From NCBI GenBank assembly GCA_963575745.1, contig CAUYUJ010000325.1:1-64000 (forward strand): a stretch of 64,000 bases of DNA, in the 5' to 3' direction. The stretch comes from Prorocentrum cordatum (taxonomy: Eukaryota). Position 1 is the stretch's first letter, and every line of letters begins with the position of its first letter. The notes beneath the pieces were generated by a model, which worked only from the letters and a program-made list of their open reading frames with translations, did not search any database and had not been told where the DNA came from. Of this stretch, positions 34,430 through 46,739 are shown one piece after another. Position numbers and translations under genes: made by a program.

Positions 34430-35136
34430 TCCGCCACCGTGCCCTTCGGCACGGAGTGGGCGTGTCCTCATGCTCTCTTTCTGAGCCTCAGTCCTCATTC
34501 CTGAAAAGTCTTTAAGGGGGCCAGACCCCAAATTGCAAAATCTCCCGGGGCTTGTCGCGTCTTGTCGCTCCGACGCTCCAAGACGGCCCAAGAAGCGCGC
34601 ACGAGCGCCCCAAGACGGCCCAAGAGGCCTCCAATAGCGCCCCAAGACAACCCTAGAGGGCCCCAAGACTGCCCAGGAGGCGCCGACGACGGCCCAAGAA
34701 GGCCGCAAGACGGGCCCAAGAGGGAGCAAGAGGGGTTTGTAGCATGACTCTGGGGGGCTATTTTCGACACCCCTCGCAGGGGCTGTGGCCTCCGAGGGGG
34801 TCCGGTGCTCGAGTGCCCCCCTCAGAGGCACCCGATAAGCTCCAAGGGGCTCCCAGGAATCCCCCAAAAGGCGGCAGAACGGCGAACTGGAATCCAGTTC
34901 GCCGAAGTGGTGCCCCCAAGACGCCCCCGAGAGGCCCCAAGGAGCCCCCAAGAGGCCCCCAAGAGTCCCCAAGGGTTTACCAAAAGGCCCCCACGAGGCG
35001 CCCAAGAAGCCCCAAAAGGCCCCCAGGAGGCCCCCTGGAGGCCCCAAAGAGGCCAACCGCGAGGCCCCAACCAACGTCCAGGAGGCCTCTGACCCCAACC
35101 CAGGCACGGTGGCGGGATTGGCCGAAGGCCATTAGA
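34430..35136 (+). mobile_element. Element C, full-ended copy
   Basis: TCCGCCACCGTGCC start; GGCACGGTGGCGGGATTGGCCGAAGGCCATTAGA end. Confidence 0.8.
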
Positions 35137-36220
35137 TAAGAAGGGACGGTGGGCCCTCGAATCTTCCAACCGCCCCCCCCCTCCCTCCCTCCTCCTCCCT
35201 CTTCCGCCTCCTCCCTCCGCGTTTCCTTCGTGTCTGCCGCGTGCCGAATCCACCCAGTTCTCCTTCCCTTTAACCTCCTCCTCCTCCTCCTCCTCCTCCT
35301 CCTCCTCCATCCCCGCGGCCCCGCCGTCGCTCAAGACGCCGCCGCTGCTGCTGCTGGACATCCAGCATCCGGCGCCGCTCCGGCGCCGGCGGGCGACCAC
35401 CTCCCGTGGCCACGGCGCGACGGAGAGGCGGAAGAGGATGAGAGGAGGAGGAGGAGGAGGAGGAGGAGGAGGAGGAGGAGGAGGGAGAAGGAGGAAGGAG
35501 GAAGAGGAGGAGGCCCTCCCGTCGAGGGCAGAAATTCCCACAGCCAGGGAGGAGGAGGAGGAGGGGGAGGAGGAGGAGGAGGAGGAGGAGGAGGAGGAGG
35601 AGGGGGAGGAGGAGGAGGAGGACGAGGAGGAGGAGGAGGAGGATAAGGAGGAGGGGGAGTAGGCGGAGGAAAAGGAGCAGGAGGAGGAGGAGGAAGAGGA
35701 TGCCGCGTGCTGGCGCGAAGCGGCCGGTGCAGTCTGTTCTCCTCCTCCTCTTCCTCGCCTCCACTCCGTCCCACCGAGGCCCGAGGGGGGATTCTGGGCC
35801 AAAAAACCAGCGTCAATATTTTTAAAAATTTTGACGCTCGATTTTGGGCTGTTCACGGCCCTATCTACACGCACACTAAGAAAGCCCGTTAACAAACATG
35901 CACTATCGCGCATCATGCACCCGTCGGGAGACGCGTCGAGGAGGGGGGAGGGCGGGGCACCTCACTAGCCGAGTCGCCGGACTCACGAGGATCCAGGAAA
36001 GGAGTGAGAGAAGAGGAGGAGGAGGAGGAGGAGGAGGAGGAGGAGGAGGAGGAGGGGGAGGAGAAGGAGGAGGAGGAGGAGGAGGAGGAGGACTAGGATG
36101 AAGAGGGCGAGGAGGAGCAGGAGGCGGAGGAGGAGGAGGAAGAGGAGGATGATAAGGAGGAAGGGGAGTAGGAGGAGGAAAAGGAGCAGGAGGAAGAGGA
36201 GGAGGAGAAGGAGGAGGAGG

Positions 36221-36435
36221 AGGTAGGTAAGACGCAGGCTGGGACGCTGGGTCGTGCTCTGTGTGTCTCAACGCGTGTGGCGTGCTATGACTTTGCATAG
36301 GCTATGGGGCCGCAGATGGGCACCCAGAGTGGGAATGAAGAGGGAAACTGAAAGCGCAGACTCCGTGACAGCCAGAAGGCTACTCTGGCCACAAGATGGC
36401 AGAGAAATTCCAGGGAGCGCGCCGTCTGCGCTTGA
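36221..36435 (-). repeat. ~215-bp dispersed repeat, right (inverted) copy
   Basis: The shared translation RSSADGALPGISLPSCGQSSLLAVTESALSVSLFIP appears on opposite strands in the ORF track. Confidence 0.9.
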
Positions 36436-38419
36436 TCGAGGAGGGAGGAGGAGGTAGCGAGGAGGGAGGGAGGAGGAGGTAGCGACGGTGAAACCGATGG
36501 CCACGCAAACGATGGTGGTGACGATGAGGTCGCGCGAAGGGCAGCGGCTGGAATGGGAGGACGAAGGAGGGAGGGAGGGAGGGAGGGGGACGAGGCAGAC
36601 GGCTGCCCCCTCCCTTCCAACCGCTACTGGGCGGCTGGGCGGCGGGCGGGCCCGGGCCAGGCGGGCGGCCCGCGGCGGGCGGCGACGGCCGCGCCGTCGC
36701 GGGTCGGGGGTTGCAACGGGGGCGGATGATCCCGACCCAGGCGGCGGGCATTGCGCGTCTGCTTGGGGGCGCCTCGCGGGCGGCCCCCATGCGAACGCGT
36801 GTATACCCGCCGCCTGAACCACCTGGACCTCCGCCAGCAGGCACCCCGCCCGCCCCTTTTGCCACCCCCGAGCGGGGGGCCTGGCGCGCCGCCCGCGCGG
36901 CGCTCCAAGCCGGGCAAGGCCCCGAGCCAAGCCTGGCCGCGGCCGCGACGACGGCGACGACGACGACAATGATCAAAAATCGATCCGGCGGTCCCGGCGG
37001 ACGTCCATCGATGGACCCCTGGACCTGCCCCAGGGCGCCCCGACGAGAACTTCGAAACGAATCCTGCCGCGGCGACGAATGTCCACGCGGAGGCCCGAAA
37101 ACGCGACGTCGTCATCATGATTGGCCGTCGTCGATCATCGTCTTCCGTCGTCGCCCTGTTTTTCATCGCGCCATCGTTCGTCCATCGTCATTGTCGTCGT
37201 TTTCGCAGACGCCGCCGTCGTCCTCGATCTCATTCTCGTCGTCGTCGAATATCTTCCTTCCCTCCAAACTGTCCTCGTGCCCCTGCCTCCCCTTCCACTT
37301 ACATATCCTGCTCCTCAGGAGGCTCCTCTTTCTCCCTCCTCACTCCTCTTCCTCCTCCTCCTCCTCCTCCTCCTCTTCCTCCTCCTCCTCCTCTTCGGCC
37401 TCCTCCGACTCCTCCTCCTCCCCCTTCCTCGTCCTCCTCCTCCCGCCTTTTCCTCCCCTTCCTCCTCCGACCTCCTCCTGCTCCTCGGAGGGAGGCTCCT
37501 CGTCTTCCTCCTCCTCCTCCTCCTCCTCCTCCTCCTCCTCCTCCTCCTCTTCGGCCTCCTCCCCCTCCTCCTCCTCCCCCTTTCTCGTCCTCCTCCTCCT
37601 CCCGCCTTTTCCCCCCCCCCCTCCGCCTCCGACCTCCTCCTCCTCATCCTCGCCTCCTCCTCCTCTTTTTTGTTGTTGTTTAAGTCGATGCCGTGCCGCT
37701 GGGTGTTCGCGGGCAAGCAAGCGAACACTTACACGCATAGTATATGTTATACGGGCCCCGTATACATAATCGCGCTTTCGTCGCGCGCCGCGTCTCGAAT
37801 ATCAACGCTCAACAAGCTGATGCCCATTGAGTAAAGGTCGGGACAAGCGGGCGGGACACAACCAGAACTTACAAAAAGTACGTGCCGACTCGCGCTGGCT
37901 GCAAGGGGACAACAGAATTAGGACAACAGCATAAACACGTCGGGGATGCCACAGGAGCCACAAGTAACTTGGACAACAAGGAAGGGAACGCAGCGGAGAA
38001 TCATATGTGCTGCCTGGGCACGCGCGCAACACCCAGACGTGCGAGGCGAATCGCATAAATGCAACTTGATTGATGATGCGCTACTTTCTCAAAGGGAATT
38101 ATAGGTTTACCTCTAGAACCCCCGCCACAGTAAACCCAAGCGCGAGTCCGCTAATCCTCATCCCACGGTCTTTACACCAGAGCCTGGCGCAGGGCTGCGG
38201 GCAGCTCGCTCGTCGGCTCCGGAGCCGCGACTGCGGCCCCACTTGAAACCACTCGGGCCGCCGGGTCGGGCGGCGGCTCCGCCGCAGCCTCGGGGGAATC
38301 AGAAGCCTCCGGGGGAGGCGGGCCCTCAGCGGCCACGTCGACTGCGCCAGATCGCTTCGCTGGGTTTCGAATATCGCCCCTTCGTCTGTCTAAGGTAGAG
38401 CTGTCCAACAACTGCGCTC

Positions 38420-39480
38420 CAAGAGTCTCAGCCCTCGTGGCCGAGCGAACTTGTTCGGCCGAGCATTTTGGGAGCCGCGTCCGCACGGCGACCCGCGCAT
38501 TTCCCTGGGGCCATCAGACTGGAAAGCCACAACCCCAGGTCCTGTCCACCTATCTCTCTGCAGCGAATGCGATATGTTGGAAGATGTCAAGCGCCGGTAG
38601 ACGTAGACCCACTGGCCAGGTGAGAACTGCCGGTCCACGTGCAGGCGGGCCGACGCGGCCTCAGCTAGCCGAGATCGCGCATCCAGAGCGGCCGGCGCAC
38701 GACGAGCCGCCTCTCGGATACGATTTTGGCGAGTCAAGGCGGCGGCCGCAGCATCGTTGTCGGCGGACCCTGGTTGTACATCTTCCGAGCCAACGAGATC
38801 GAGGCCGTCGTCCGACAGCAGGCTCCGCAGCATGCGCGGGTTCTTGCCGAACACCAGCTGGGAAGGACTAGAACCACCCCTGCGAAAGCCCCGGTTCTTG
38901 GCCGCCACGACTTCACATAAGAGAAGGTCCGTCTCTTCGCGGGAAGTAGGACTACAACCGAGAGCGGCCTTAGACAACGCTTCCTTCACCCCCCCCCCGT
39001 GTCTCTCGCACTTTCCGTTGTGACGTGGGGTGTTAGTAGGGGCGATTTGAAAGAAAATGCCCAAACGTTCACAACCCCTCACGAAAACGGACTCGAACTC
39101 GCCATCCCTCATCAACATCTCAGGGTTCCCAAAGGGGCGGACCCACCACCTCACGAAAGCCCCCCACACCGTCTTCGATGAATCGTCATCGAGCAGCGCG
39201 CACTGTTGAAAGCACGCGCCGTGGGCGATGACAGTCAGCACTGGGGTGCTCTGACCACCTATCTCAAGGCAGAAAAGGGCGATGGCCACCATCTTGTTAA
39301 AATGCCAGGTATGTGGCAGGTGTGCTTGCGGCGCCACCCCACTCTGGCGTGCGTCTCGTACTGATCACAGCGGAACTCTTCCATGACAAACTTCAGCACG
39401 TCCAGTCGAGCTCTGGCTATCCTTGGCGCTCGATCTCCACGCCGGGGGCGCCCAAGATTGACGTGCAGTCTGGCAACCTC
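38420..39480 (-). pseudogene. int: Integrase (HHCC remnant, rve core, C-terminal SH3-like)
   Basis: RLHVNLG.P, FRCDQ, FNKMVAI, WVRPFGNP..LMRDGEF, HNGKCERHGG, SPSQLVFG and GQWVYVYR...WTGPGVV. Confidence 0.85.
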
Positions 39481-39689
39481 GTGCCGCATGTCGGGCGAGA
39501 GGGGGGAAGTCGACTGACGCTGCTGTCGGTCCGGCACTGGGGCCCGACGGGTCTCGGGCTCGCCCCCGCCGTCTTCCTCGGCTTCCGCAGCGCCTTCCGC
39601 CGCGTCCGCCGGGAAGCTCCCCAGCCCGTCGGAAGAGTCTCCTTGCTGGGCCGAGAACGCCTGCCCCCTGCGATGCCTCCACGCTGTCA

Positions 39690-40295
39690 GCTCGACGCCG
39701 CGGGCCATCGCGGCGACGAGCGCGTGGCGGTGCACCTCGGCTGGACTTGTCCTGGAGGCGCCAATCAAGGGGGCGCGCTCATGGGCCCGCGAGCACTGAC
39801 GGTCACAGGCAGTAAGGAAGTCGGCAGACTTGCTCATCAGAACGGCGCGCTTCCTAGAGGGCTTGGAAGGGGCCCCCGACCACGTCAAGACCGAACTCAC
39901 ACTTTTCGAAGCTCAGCTTCAGAGGCCCGGGCAGGGAGGCCACGATTTGGAGCGACTCGAGGTCCCACGAGCTCGCCCCTGAGGGCTGCTCCAGAGCAAA
40001 GCATCGACCGTAGCCCACCTGATGCTCGGCCACCCGAGCGCGCAAGTGCATGTATCGAATCCCACGATCCTCAACAAGTCTCTGCCTACTCGGATCCATC
40101 CTGCCCCAGTATGGGACCGGGGCCAGCGAGAAAGCTTTGCACTCTGGAGACAAGGAAACAAAGAGAGGGGCCTCGGCCTCCAAGACCGCCCACAACTTAG
40201 CCTCGCCCTCGGGGGTTCCGAGGTCAACCTCTAGGAGCACATCCAGGGCCACTCCGCCGTGACTCGAGGCCGAGAGAAGATCTCTAGGGCCAGGG
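39690..40295 (-). pseudogene. Retrotransposon-borne C5 DNA methyltransferase domain (frameshifted)
   Basis: LEIFSRPR, VDL, LSPECKAFS, FALEQPSGASSW, CEFGL, RKRA and a decayed C...H...L.G.RT..A C-terminus across three frames. Confidence 0.75.
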
Positions 40296-42559
40296 CTCCT
40301 CCTCTCCCCTTCTCCAGCTGCCTCAATTCTTTTCGACGTCGGCCCCGAAGGCCCTCGAGGCCGAGACCGTCTAAGGTCCGGGCGGCAGCGTCGCGAACTC
40401 GATGAGGCAGGGTGGCCTGGGGCCTAGTCACCTCTAGGCGCCCGTCTCAGGCGGCAGCCGCGAAGCGGTCGATCTCGACGAGGCCGAATATGCTTTCCTT
40501 CTTCCGTTCGCACCTGTGCTCCTCCTCCAGCTGCTTTCCTCCTGGCTGGCATCCTTCTTCCCGCTGCCCCTCCCTGCGCTTTTCGAACCAGACCGTGGCG
40601 CCAAGGTCGCGGGCGTCTCTCGTGTCGAGGCCAGCGACAGCGCCCTGCACTCCAATGGCCCCCCAGATCCCGGATGCCCTAACAACCCTGGCTCTGTCCT
40701 CAACCTCGACCCAGCGGGCTCTTTGGAATCGGGGTAGCTGGAACTCTTCCCCCACAGGCGCGCAGGGCGAACGCGGCGAAACAAAATTCGAACCTCAGGC
40801 GCCCCAAGACGAAACGGCTGCCACTCGAGCTGCCAGGCAACCTCTCGCCCCGAGATCCACGCGCCGCCAACCTTGTCCCAGATCCCCAGGGCGCTCCTAG
40901 AATCCATTATGAAACCTCTGGCTTCTCGATACCTGTTATAGAAGACATACAGCGAGATCTCGGACAAAAGCCCCCCCTGGGTAGACCGCGGAGTCGAGGC
41001 CAGGCCGACCCTCACGCGGCAGCGCCTCCAGGCACGCGTGGGTCAGCCGCCGAAGCGATCCGCCTGGCCCGGGCTGCCCGCTGCCTCCGAGACCTCCGGC
41101 GCCGGCGCAGCGCTCTGCTGGGCCAAGCTCGTCGCCGCGTGGGCGAGGCGGGCCACGTCGGCATCGGACATCTTCGGGCGGCTCATTAACTGCTTGATCA
41201 GCTCGCTCTGCTGTTCCACGATCTTCTGCACCTTGCCGAGGCCGTCGTCCGCCGCGACCTTCGGGTGGGCGGTGGCGTCCTTGCGCTGGCGGTCCTGCTG
41301 CGTCGCCATGTCCAGGATCCGCTCGCCGCTCGCTGCCCTCGCGCTGGCTCTCGACCAGCTGGTTCATGTCGAAGAAGGCCTGCTGCATCTCGGCCACCGC
41401 CGTGGCCCTCGTGCGGGGCGGGGGGTTCGCCCTCTCGGGTAAAGGCGCCCCCGGGGGAGGCTTCCGCGGGACGTGGCCCTCGCTGATCGGCGCGACGTTC
41501 GGGTTCGGGCAGGGGCCGCCCAGAGGCCCCGCGCCGAGGCCTGGCGGCGCCCCGGGGCGCCGAGCTTGGGCGGCGGCGCCTTGGGGCGCGGCGGGGCAGC
41601 CCAGGGGCCCCCGCCCTGGAGGTCGTGATCCTTTATCATCTGCTCGAGCTCCGCCTGCATTCTGGCCTTGGCGGCCCCGTTGATATCGAGCTTCTTTTCT
41701 CTCAGCGCCTTCTTCCGCTGCGCGTCGGCCTTTTCCTCGTCATTATTCTGCCTGTGCGCCGGGCGGCCCTTGCACTGCATGCAGTCCGTCCAGTGGCAGT
41801 GCTGGTTGCTGCTCGGGTACCTGGCCCACGGCGGATGGACGCAGCCCTCCCGAGTCACCTCCTCCTGAGCGCCCGGGCACCGAGACACCGCGTCGACCAA
41901 ACTGATGCACGCCCGGCTGGACCACATCGCTTTGATGCAGAGGTGCCTCCAGCGGTGGTCGCTCACCTCGAGGTAGAGGCGGCCCTGCCAGAAGAACTGC
42001 CTGTGAACCTCGCTCGTCCCTTCGTTGGCCAGCATCTGCTCCATCCGAGCCCGCTCGACCCGGTCGCCCAGCTCCTCCCGGCCTGGAATCTCCTCGTCGC
42101 CCTGATCTGGCATGAACTTCTGGCACTCCAGGCCCTCGACCGCCGCGATCTGGGCCCTGCGACGAAGAGAACGAAGGTCGGTCGTCGTCGTCTTGCCCTT
42201 GTTGCGCGAGCCGCCGCTCGCGAGCTTCTTCTTCGGCAGCATCTCCGGGTGCGAACCTGCCGCCACTGGGTTGGGCCTCGCCGATGGCTGCAGCCAAGAA
42301 GGGCTCCAGACGAAAGACGGGTAGCTGCCCCCCGAGATCGACTCCGAAGGAGGGGGGGGAGGGGGGTCGGAGGGCGGCGAGCCCACGCTGCTGCAAGTGC
42401 TGTGATCCTGGGCCCTCACGCTAGTCACTAAAACCGATCCTACAGAAAAGCGGGCGCGGAGGTCCTGGTCGATCGCGAAGTCGCTGACCTGAAACCGCTG
42501 CAGGAGGGCCGGGTGCAACGCGAACTTGCCGGGGGACCTGTGCGCGAGCGCCGCGGAGC

Positions 42560-42930
42560 GGTGGCCCGCGGGGCGCGCGATCGACTGGCGCCTCACCCGA
42601 TCGCCGTCCTCGCCCACCGTCATCGCGTTACTCTGCAGGTCGATCGAGGCCCCGAGCATCGTCGACAGTCTGGCTGGAAGCAGGGGCGGGCAGGCGCGGG
42701 GAAGCACCAATAACTCCACGGTGCCACATCCAGCAATCGTTGTGGGGACCCACGCCTTGGCGACGGGAGTCGCCCGGCCACCGATGCCGGACGCCGCGGC
42801 GCCCGTCGCGGGAGAACAGTCGACCTTGACCTTGTAGCCCAAGCTCTTCATCTCCCCCATCTGCACCTCAAGGTCCGGCTTGCCGATGAGCGCCTGAGCC
42901 TCCGCTGCGCCCACCAGGGCGTGGGCCCCT
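42560..42930 (-). pseudogene. Aspartic protease remnant
   Basis: HALVGAAEAQALIG (decayed LxDxxA), GIGG and PPLL...LGASIDL. Confidence 0.6.
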
Positions 42931-43129
42931 GCGCCCCTGAGGCCGGGGAAGGTGGCCAGGGCCTCGGCGCCCGGGTTCGCCCGCAGGAATCGGGCCCACC
43001 TCTGAACCAGCTGCGCTCGTCGCTCTCGTCGAAGGTCGTCGGTCATAACAGGTGCCTGCGGAGCCGAAGTCGCCGTCATTCTCGAAGAAGAACGCGGGCC
43101 CGTTGCCGCCACCTGCCGCCTCCTTGCCT

Positions 43130-44353
43130 TGCCCCTTCTCGGCCGTCATCCTGTCGCTCTTGGTCCGGCGCGGGTTCTTCTCGCCGCAGTTCGCGCGCCT
43201 GGAGCGCTTCTTCAGGTCCGTCGCCACCAGTCGCTCGAAGCCTGGGCGCGCTCTCTTGCGGTCGAAGAAGTCGCGATCCGCGCGCTTGGCCACCTTGAGC
43301 TTGCGCGACTCCTTCCACGTCCTGCGGCGTTATTTGCCGCGGCGCTCTTCAACCGCTGCGGCCGGCACGTCGATCACCTCCTCCTCGTCCAGGTCCTATC
43401 CCTCAGGCATCTACAGGAAAGCCTCCGCCCCCTCGACGGGCAGCTCTGCATCGCCCCCGAGATCGTCGTCGTAGAAGACCTCTTGCACGTCGGTGGGCTC
43501 GCTCTCCCAGTAGGTTCTGACCGGAGGCGGGGGGGCCGAAGGGAGAACCTTCTTCTCCGTCGCATTCATCTGGAGGAGGGCCTGTCGCATAGACGCGAAA
43601 TCGCCCCCCCCCCATCGCGAGGGTCCTCATGTTCAACTTGTTCTGACTCGACAACGCCGCGCCCTCCTCCAAGCACCTCGCCTTCAGCCCGTCGGGTAGT
43701 CCGCGGGTCTCCGCCTCGGCCACTTGAGCGTCGCGTCGGAAAACGTAGTCCGTCAGCGTCTCACCTCTGTGAATCTTGTAGTCGAACAGTGCTCGATTCT
43801 GAGCCTCCCGGGCCCTGTCTCCTGGTCGTTGACCCTTGAGCACTGCTAAGTGATCGGGCATCTTCTTCACTCCGTCCACAGCGCCCAGGGTCTCTCTGAT
43901 CACCTTGAGCTTTAGCTGAATCTCGGTTGGGAGGGACTCAACTATCTTCGAGGCTTGGTGTCTCGGCTCGTGTCCACTGCGTCCAGACCAGGAAGTGACG
44001 TTCTGCCGAAACAACTCCAAGTGTTCAAAACCTAGCCAACTCGGTGGTGGACCGAAATCTTTACTGCGACTGTGGGAACCCCCGCTCCAGCCGGCGCTGG
44101 CCGACCACCAGTCTCCCCATCCCCCGGTCCACCACCGCCATTTCGAATCCCAGCGATCACCGCCGGCGTGGTCCTCTCCCTCCACCTCGAAAGTCGATGC
44201 GTCGTTGTGACGTCGTCCCTCGTTCCACCACGGCATCTCCGTGGCGACGTCCACGGTTCTGGGTCTGGTCGCACTCCACGCCGGGTCGTCGGCGCCCGTA
44301 TCCTCGCTGCCTCTGGCTCTGCCCTCACCATCACCGTGTTTTCCCTCAACCAT
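43130..44353 (-). pseudogene. gag: Gag-like region
   Basis: PPSWLG..ELFRQNVTSW, HRGETLTDYVFR and a decayed knuckle KKRSRRANCGEK. Confidence 0.7.
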
Positions 44354-45149
44354 CGCTCCGCTTACAAACTGTCGTCACACAGACGGGCGATGGCGACGGG
44401 AGGAGGTGCACTTTTGTGGCAAGGCAGGGGAGGAGGGACGGGGCACTCGACATCCTGGTTGTCAGTGCGCATCTTAGCCAGAAGATGCAGGGGAACAGGG
44501 GGCAAGAGGGGAAGGACGGAGAGGACGCGGAGAGGAAACGGGGAACAGTGGGGACAGGTGGGGTCGAGGCGCCGGCGGCGCGCGGGCGCTGGCGACCCTG
44601 GGCCACGCTTCACCTTGCGGTTGCGAGAAGATCGGCCCCGAGACAAAAACCACAAACGGCCATGTTGAACATTGCTTAGCAATTCTTGGACAGAGAAGTG
44701 TTCAGGAATGACCAACGTTGCCACCTGTGTTTTCGCGGGGGATCGTCGAAGGCGGCAATTTGCGAAGGGATGTCGCCCACATCAAAGAATCTGCCGTTCG
44801 CCATGTCGTTTGGTTTTAGCGTCGCATGCGCCGCCGATCAGGGGTGGCGGAAAATAGGAGGCAAAGGAGCAGCGATAAGTGTCGGAAGGCCGTTGCGGGG
44901 GATCACGCGAGGAACTTTCAAGACGAGCGTGCCGATGATGTCGAGAATGATTATTCGGCTCGCGGCGGCCTTTGAGCGCTCATGCGGGAGTCCCTGGACC
45001 CCGCGGCGCTGCGTCCTGGGGGCGGCGATGCGAACCCCGCGGGCCAGCGACGCCGGACCCTGGGGCGTACTGCACGCACACCGTCTACCTACGACTCGAG
45101 TCCCGAAAGCCTACGGCACGCGATCCTAGGCGCTACGATGCCCGATCGT

Positions 45150-45780
45150 GGACGCGCCTGGACAGCTGTGAGGAGCGATCGAGAATCCTCAAAATGTGCC
45201 GAGCCCCCCGCAGGTTCTTAATGATTCCTGCCGATCCCTGAGCATCCCCCTGGAATCTCGACGACCCCTGCTGACCCCTGAGAGAACCTGGGAGGCATGG
45301 AGGAATCCTGAGGATCTCTGACAAAACCTGGCGGCGCCTGACGATCCACGAGGGTCCCTGGGGAATCCCGCGGAATCATGCAGACCCTCGATGCATACTC
45401 AGGATGCCTAGGGGGCCCTTGAAGGTGCCTGAAGGATTCCCGACCCCCCCCCCGCAAAGCCGAAGATCATTAGAATCCCGTCGGGGCCTGTAGGATCCAT
45501 GAGGAAGGATCGAAGGTCATCGGGGATCGAAAGGATTCCTGAGGTCTTCTCTTGTCAGGCATCCTCGGGACACTGAGGACCTATGATGAGTCCTGAGGAA
45601 CCGATCGGTCTCTTCAGGATCCCTGAGCGCCCCTACTGAGTCCTCGACAATTTTGATTTTGATGATCCTTGAGGGACCAGCGGGGATCGTCAGGGTCCCT
45701 GAGCACCCCTGAGAATCCATCAGGAATCCTCTGGGATCCCGAGGGCCCCTGCGACGGATGCTTGAGAATACTGGAGAGGT
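45150..45780. repeat. Degenerate GGATCC/GAATCC-rich low-complexity satellite
   Basis: Recurrent GGAATCC, GATCCC and CCTGAG words. Confidence 0.6.
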
Positions 45781-45854
45781 CAAAATGGTTGTCCTGGCCC
45801 AAGACTAAATCGCATGCGGCAGTGAGAAACGCGATGGTGAACATCGGATATCGC

Positions 45855-46730
45855 CTTCGGCGGAGCCTCTTTTGGGGCCACGAAGCGCGCGAGGGGGGGG
45901 GGGGCGAAATGGGGGCAGCGCCGCCATGCGAACGCAGCAACTGGGGCTGGCGGCCTGCCGCGGCGCTTCCTGCGGGACCAAGGAACGCACGAGGGGCGTG
46001 CCGAACTGGGGGCGGCGCCGCCATGTGAGCGTAATCACTGAGGCGGTCAGCCGATCTGCCGATGTGGGAAAGAAACGTCTGACGGGAAGCCCGAATTGGG
46101 ACTCCATGCGAACGCAGCCAATGGGGCATTCGGTGGAAGTTTCTGCATGGCCACGACACGCGCAAGGGGCGCGCCGAACTGGGGGCGGCGCCGCCATGCG
46201 AATGCAGCAATGGGCTTCGGTGGAGCTCCCACTGAAGCCACGCGATCCGCGAGGGGTGCGCCGTGTTGGCGTGCTGTGGGGTGGTGGGGGACGCTATGCG
46301 AACGCAGCCAGTGGGGCCTTCGGTCGAGCTCCTTGTGGGGCAACGAAGCGACTGAAGGGCGTGCCGAACCGGGGGCGGCGGCGCCATGCGAACGCAGACG
46401 CCAGGGCTTTCAGTGGAGATTCCTTCTGGCCACGAAAGGCGCGAGGGGTGTCCCAAACTGGGGGCGGCGCCGCCGTGCGCGCAACCACAGGGAAACGCGC
46501 GAGAATGGGCATGCTGAAATTGGAACGGTAACGACATGCGAACGCAGCCACCCGACCTTCGATGGAGCTCCCCGGGGCAGCGGGACGTGCGAGGGGCGCG
46601 CCAACACGGGCGCGGCGCCGCCATGCGAACGCAGCCGCTTGGAGGGCATGTGGTGGATCTCCGCATGGGGCCACCGCCATGCAAACTCAGCCCATGGGGC
46701 GTGCGGTGGAGCTTCCTACGAGGCCACGAG
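45855..46730. repeat. Diverged ~90-bp tandem repeat, about 10 units
   Basis: Recurrent GGGGCGGCGCCGCCATGCGAACGCAGC...GGTGGAGCTCC...GGCCACGA. Confidence 0.9.
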
Positions 46731-46739
46731 TCGTCAGGG

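Larger units (their letters stand above)
38170..44730 (-). mobile_element. Decayed Copia-like LTR retrotransposon with DNMT domain, truncated before RT
   Basis: Gag, zinc knuckle remnant, protease, DNMT and integrase in order, with many frameshifts. No RT/RNase H or paired LTRs seen. Confidence 0.85.

Noticed and set aside
37700..38170. 3' LTR or RT of the Copia-like element
   Set aside because: No RT motifs and no visible similarity to the region beyond 44730.
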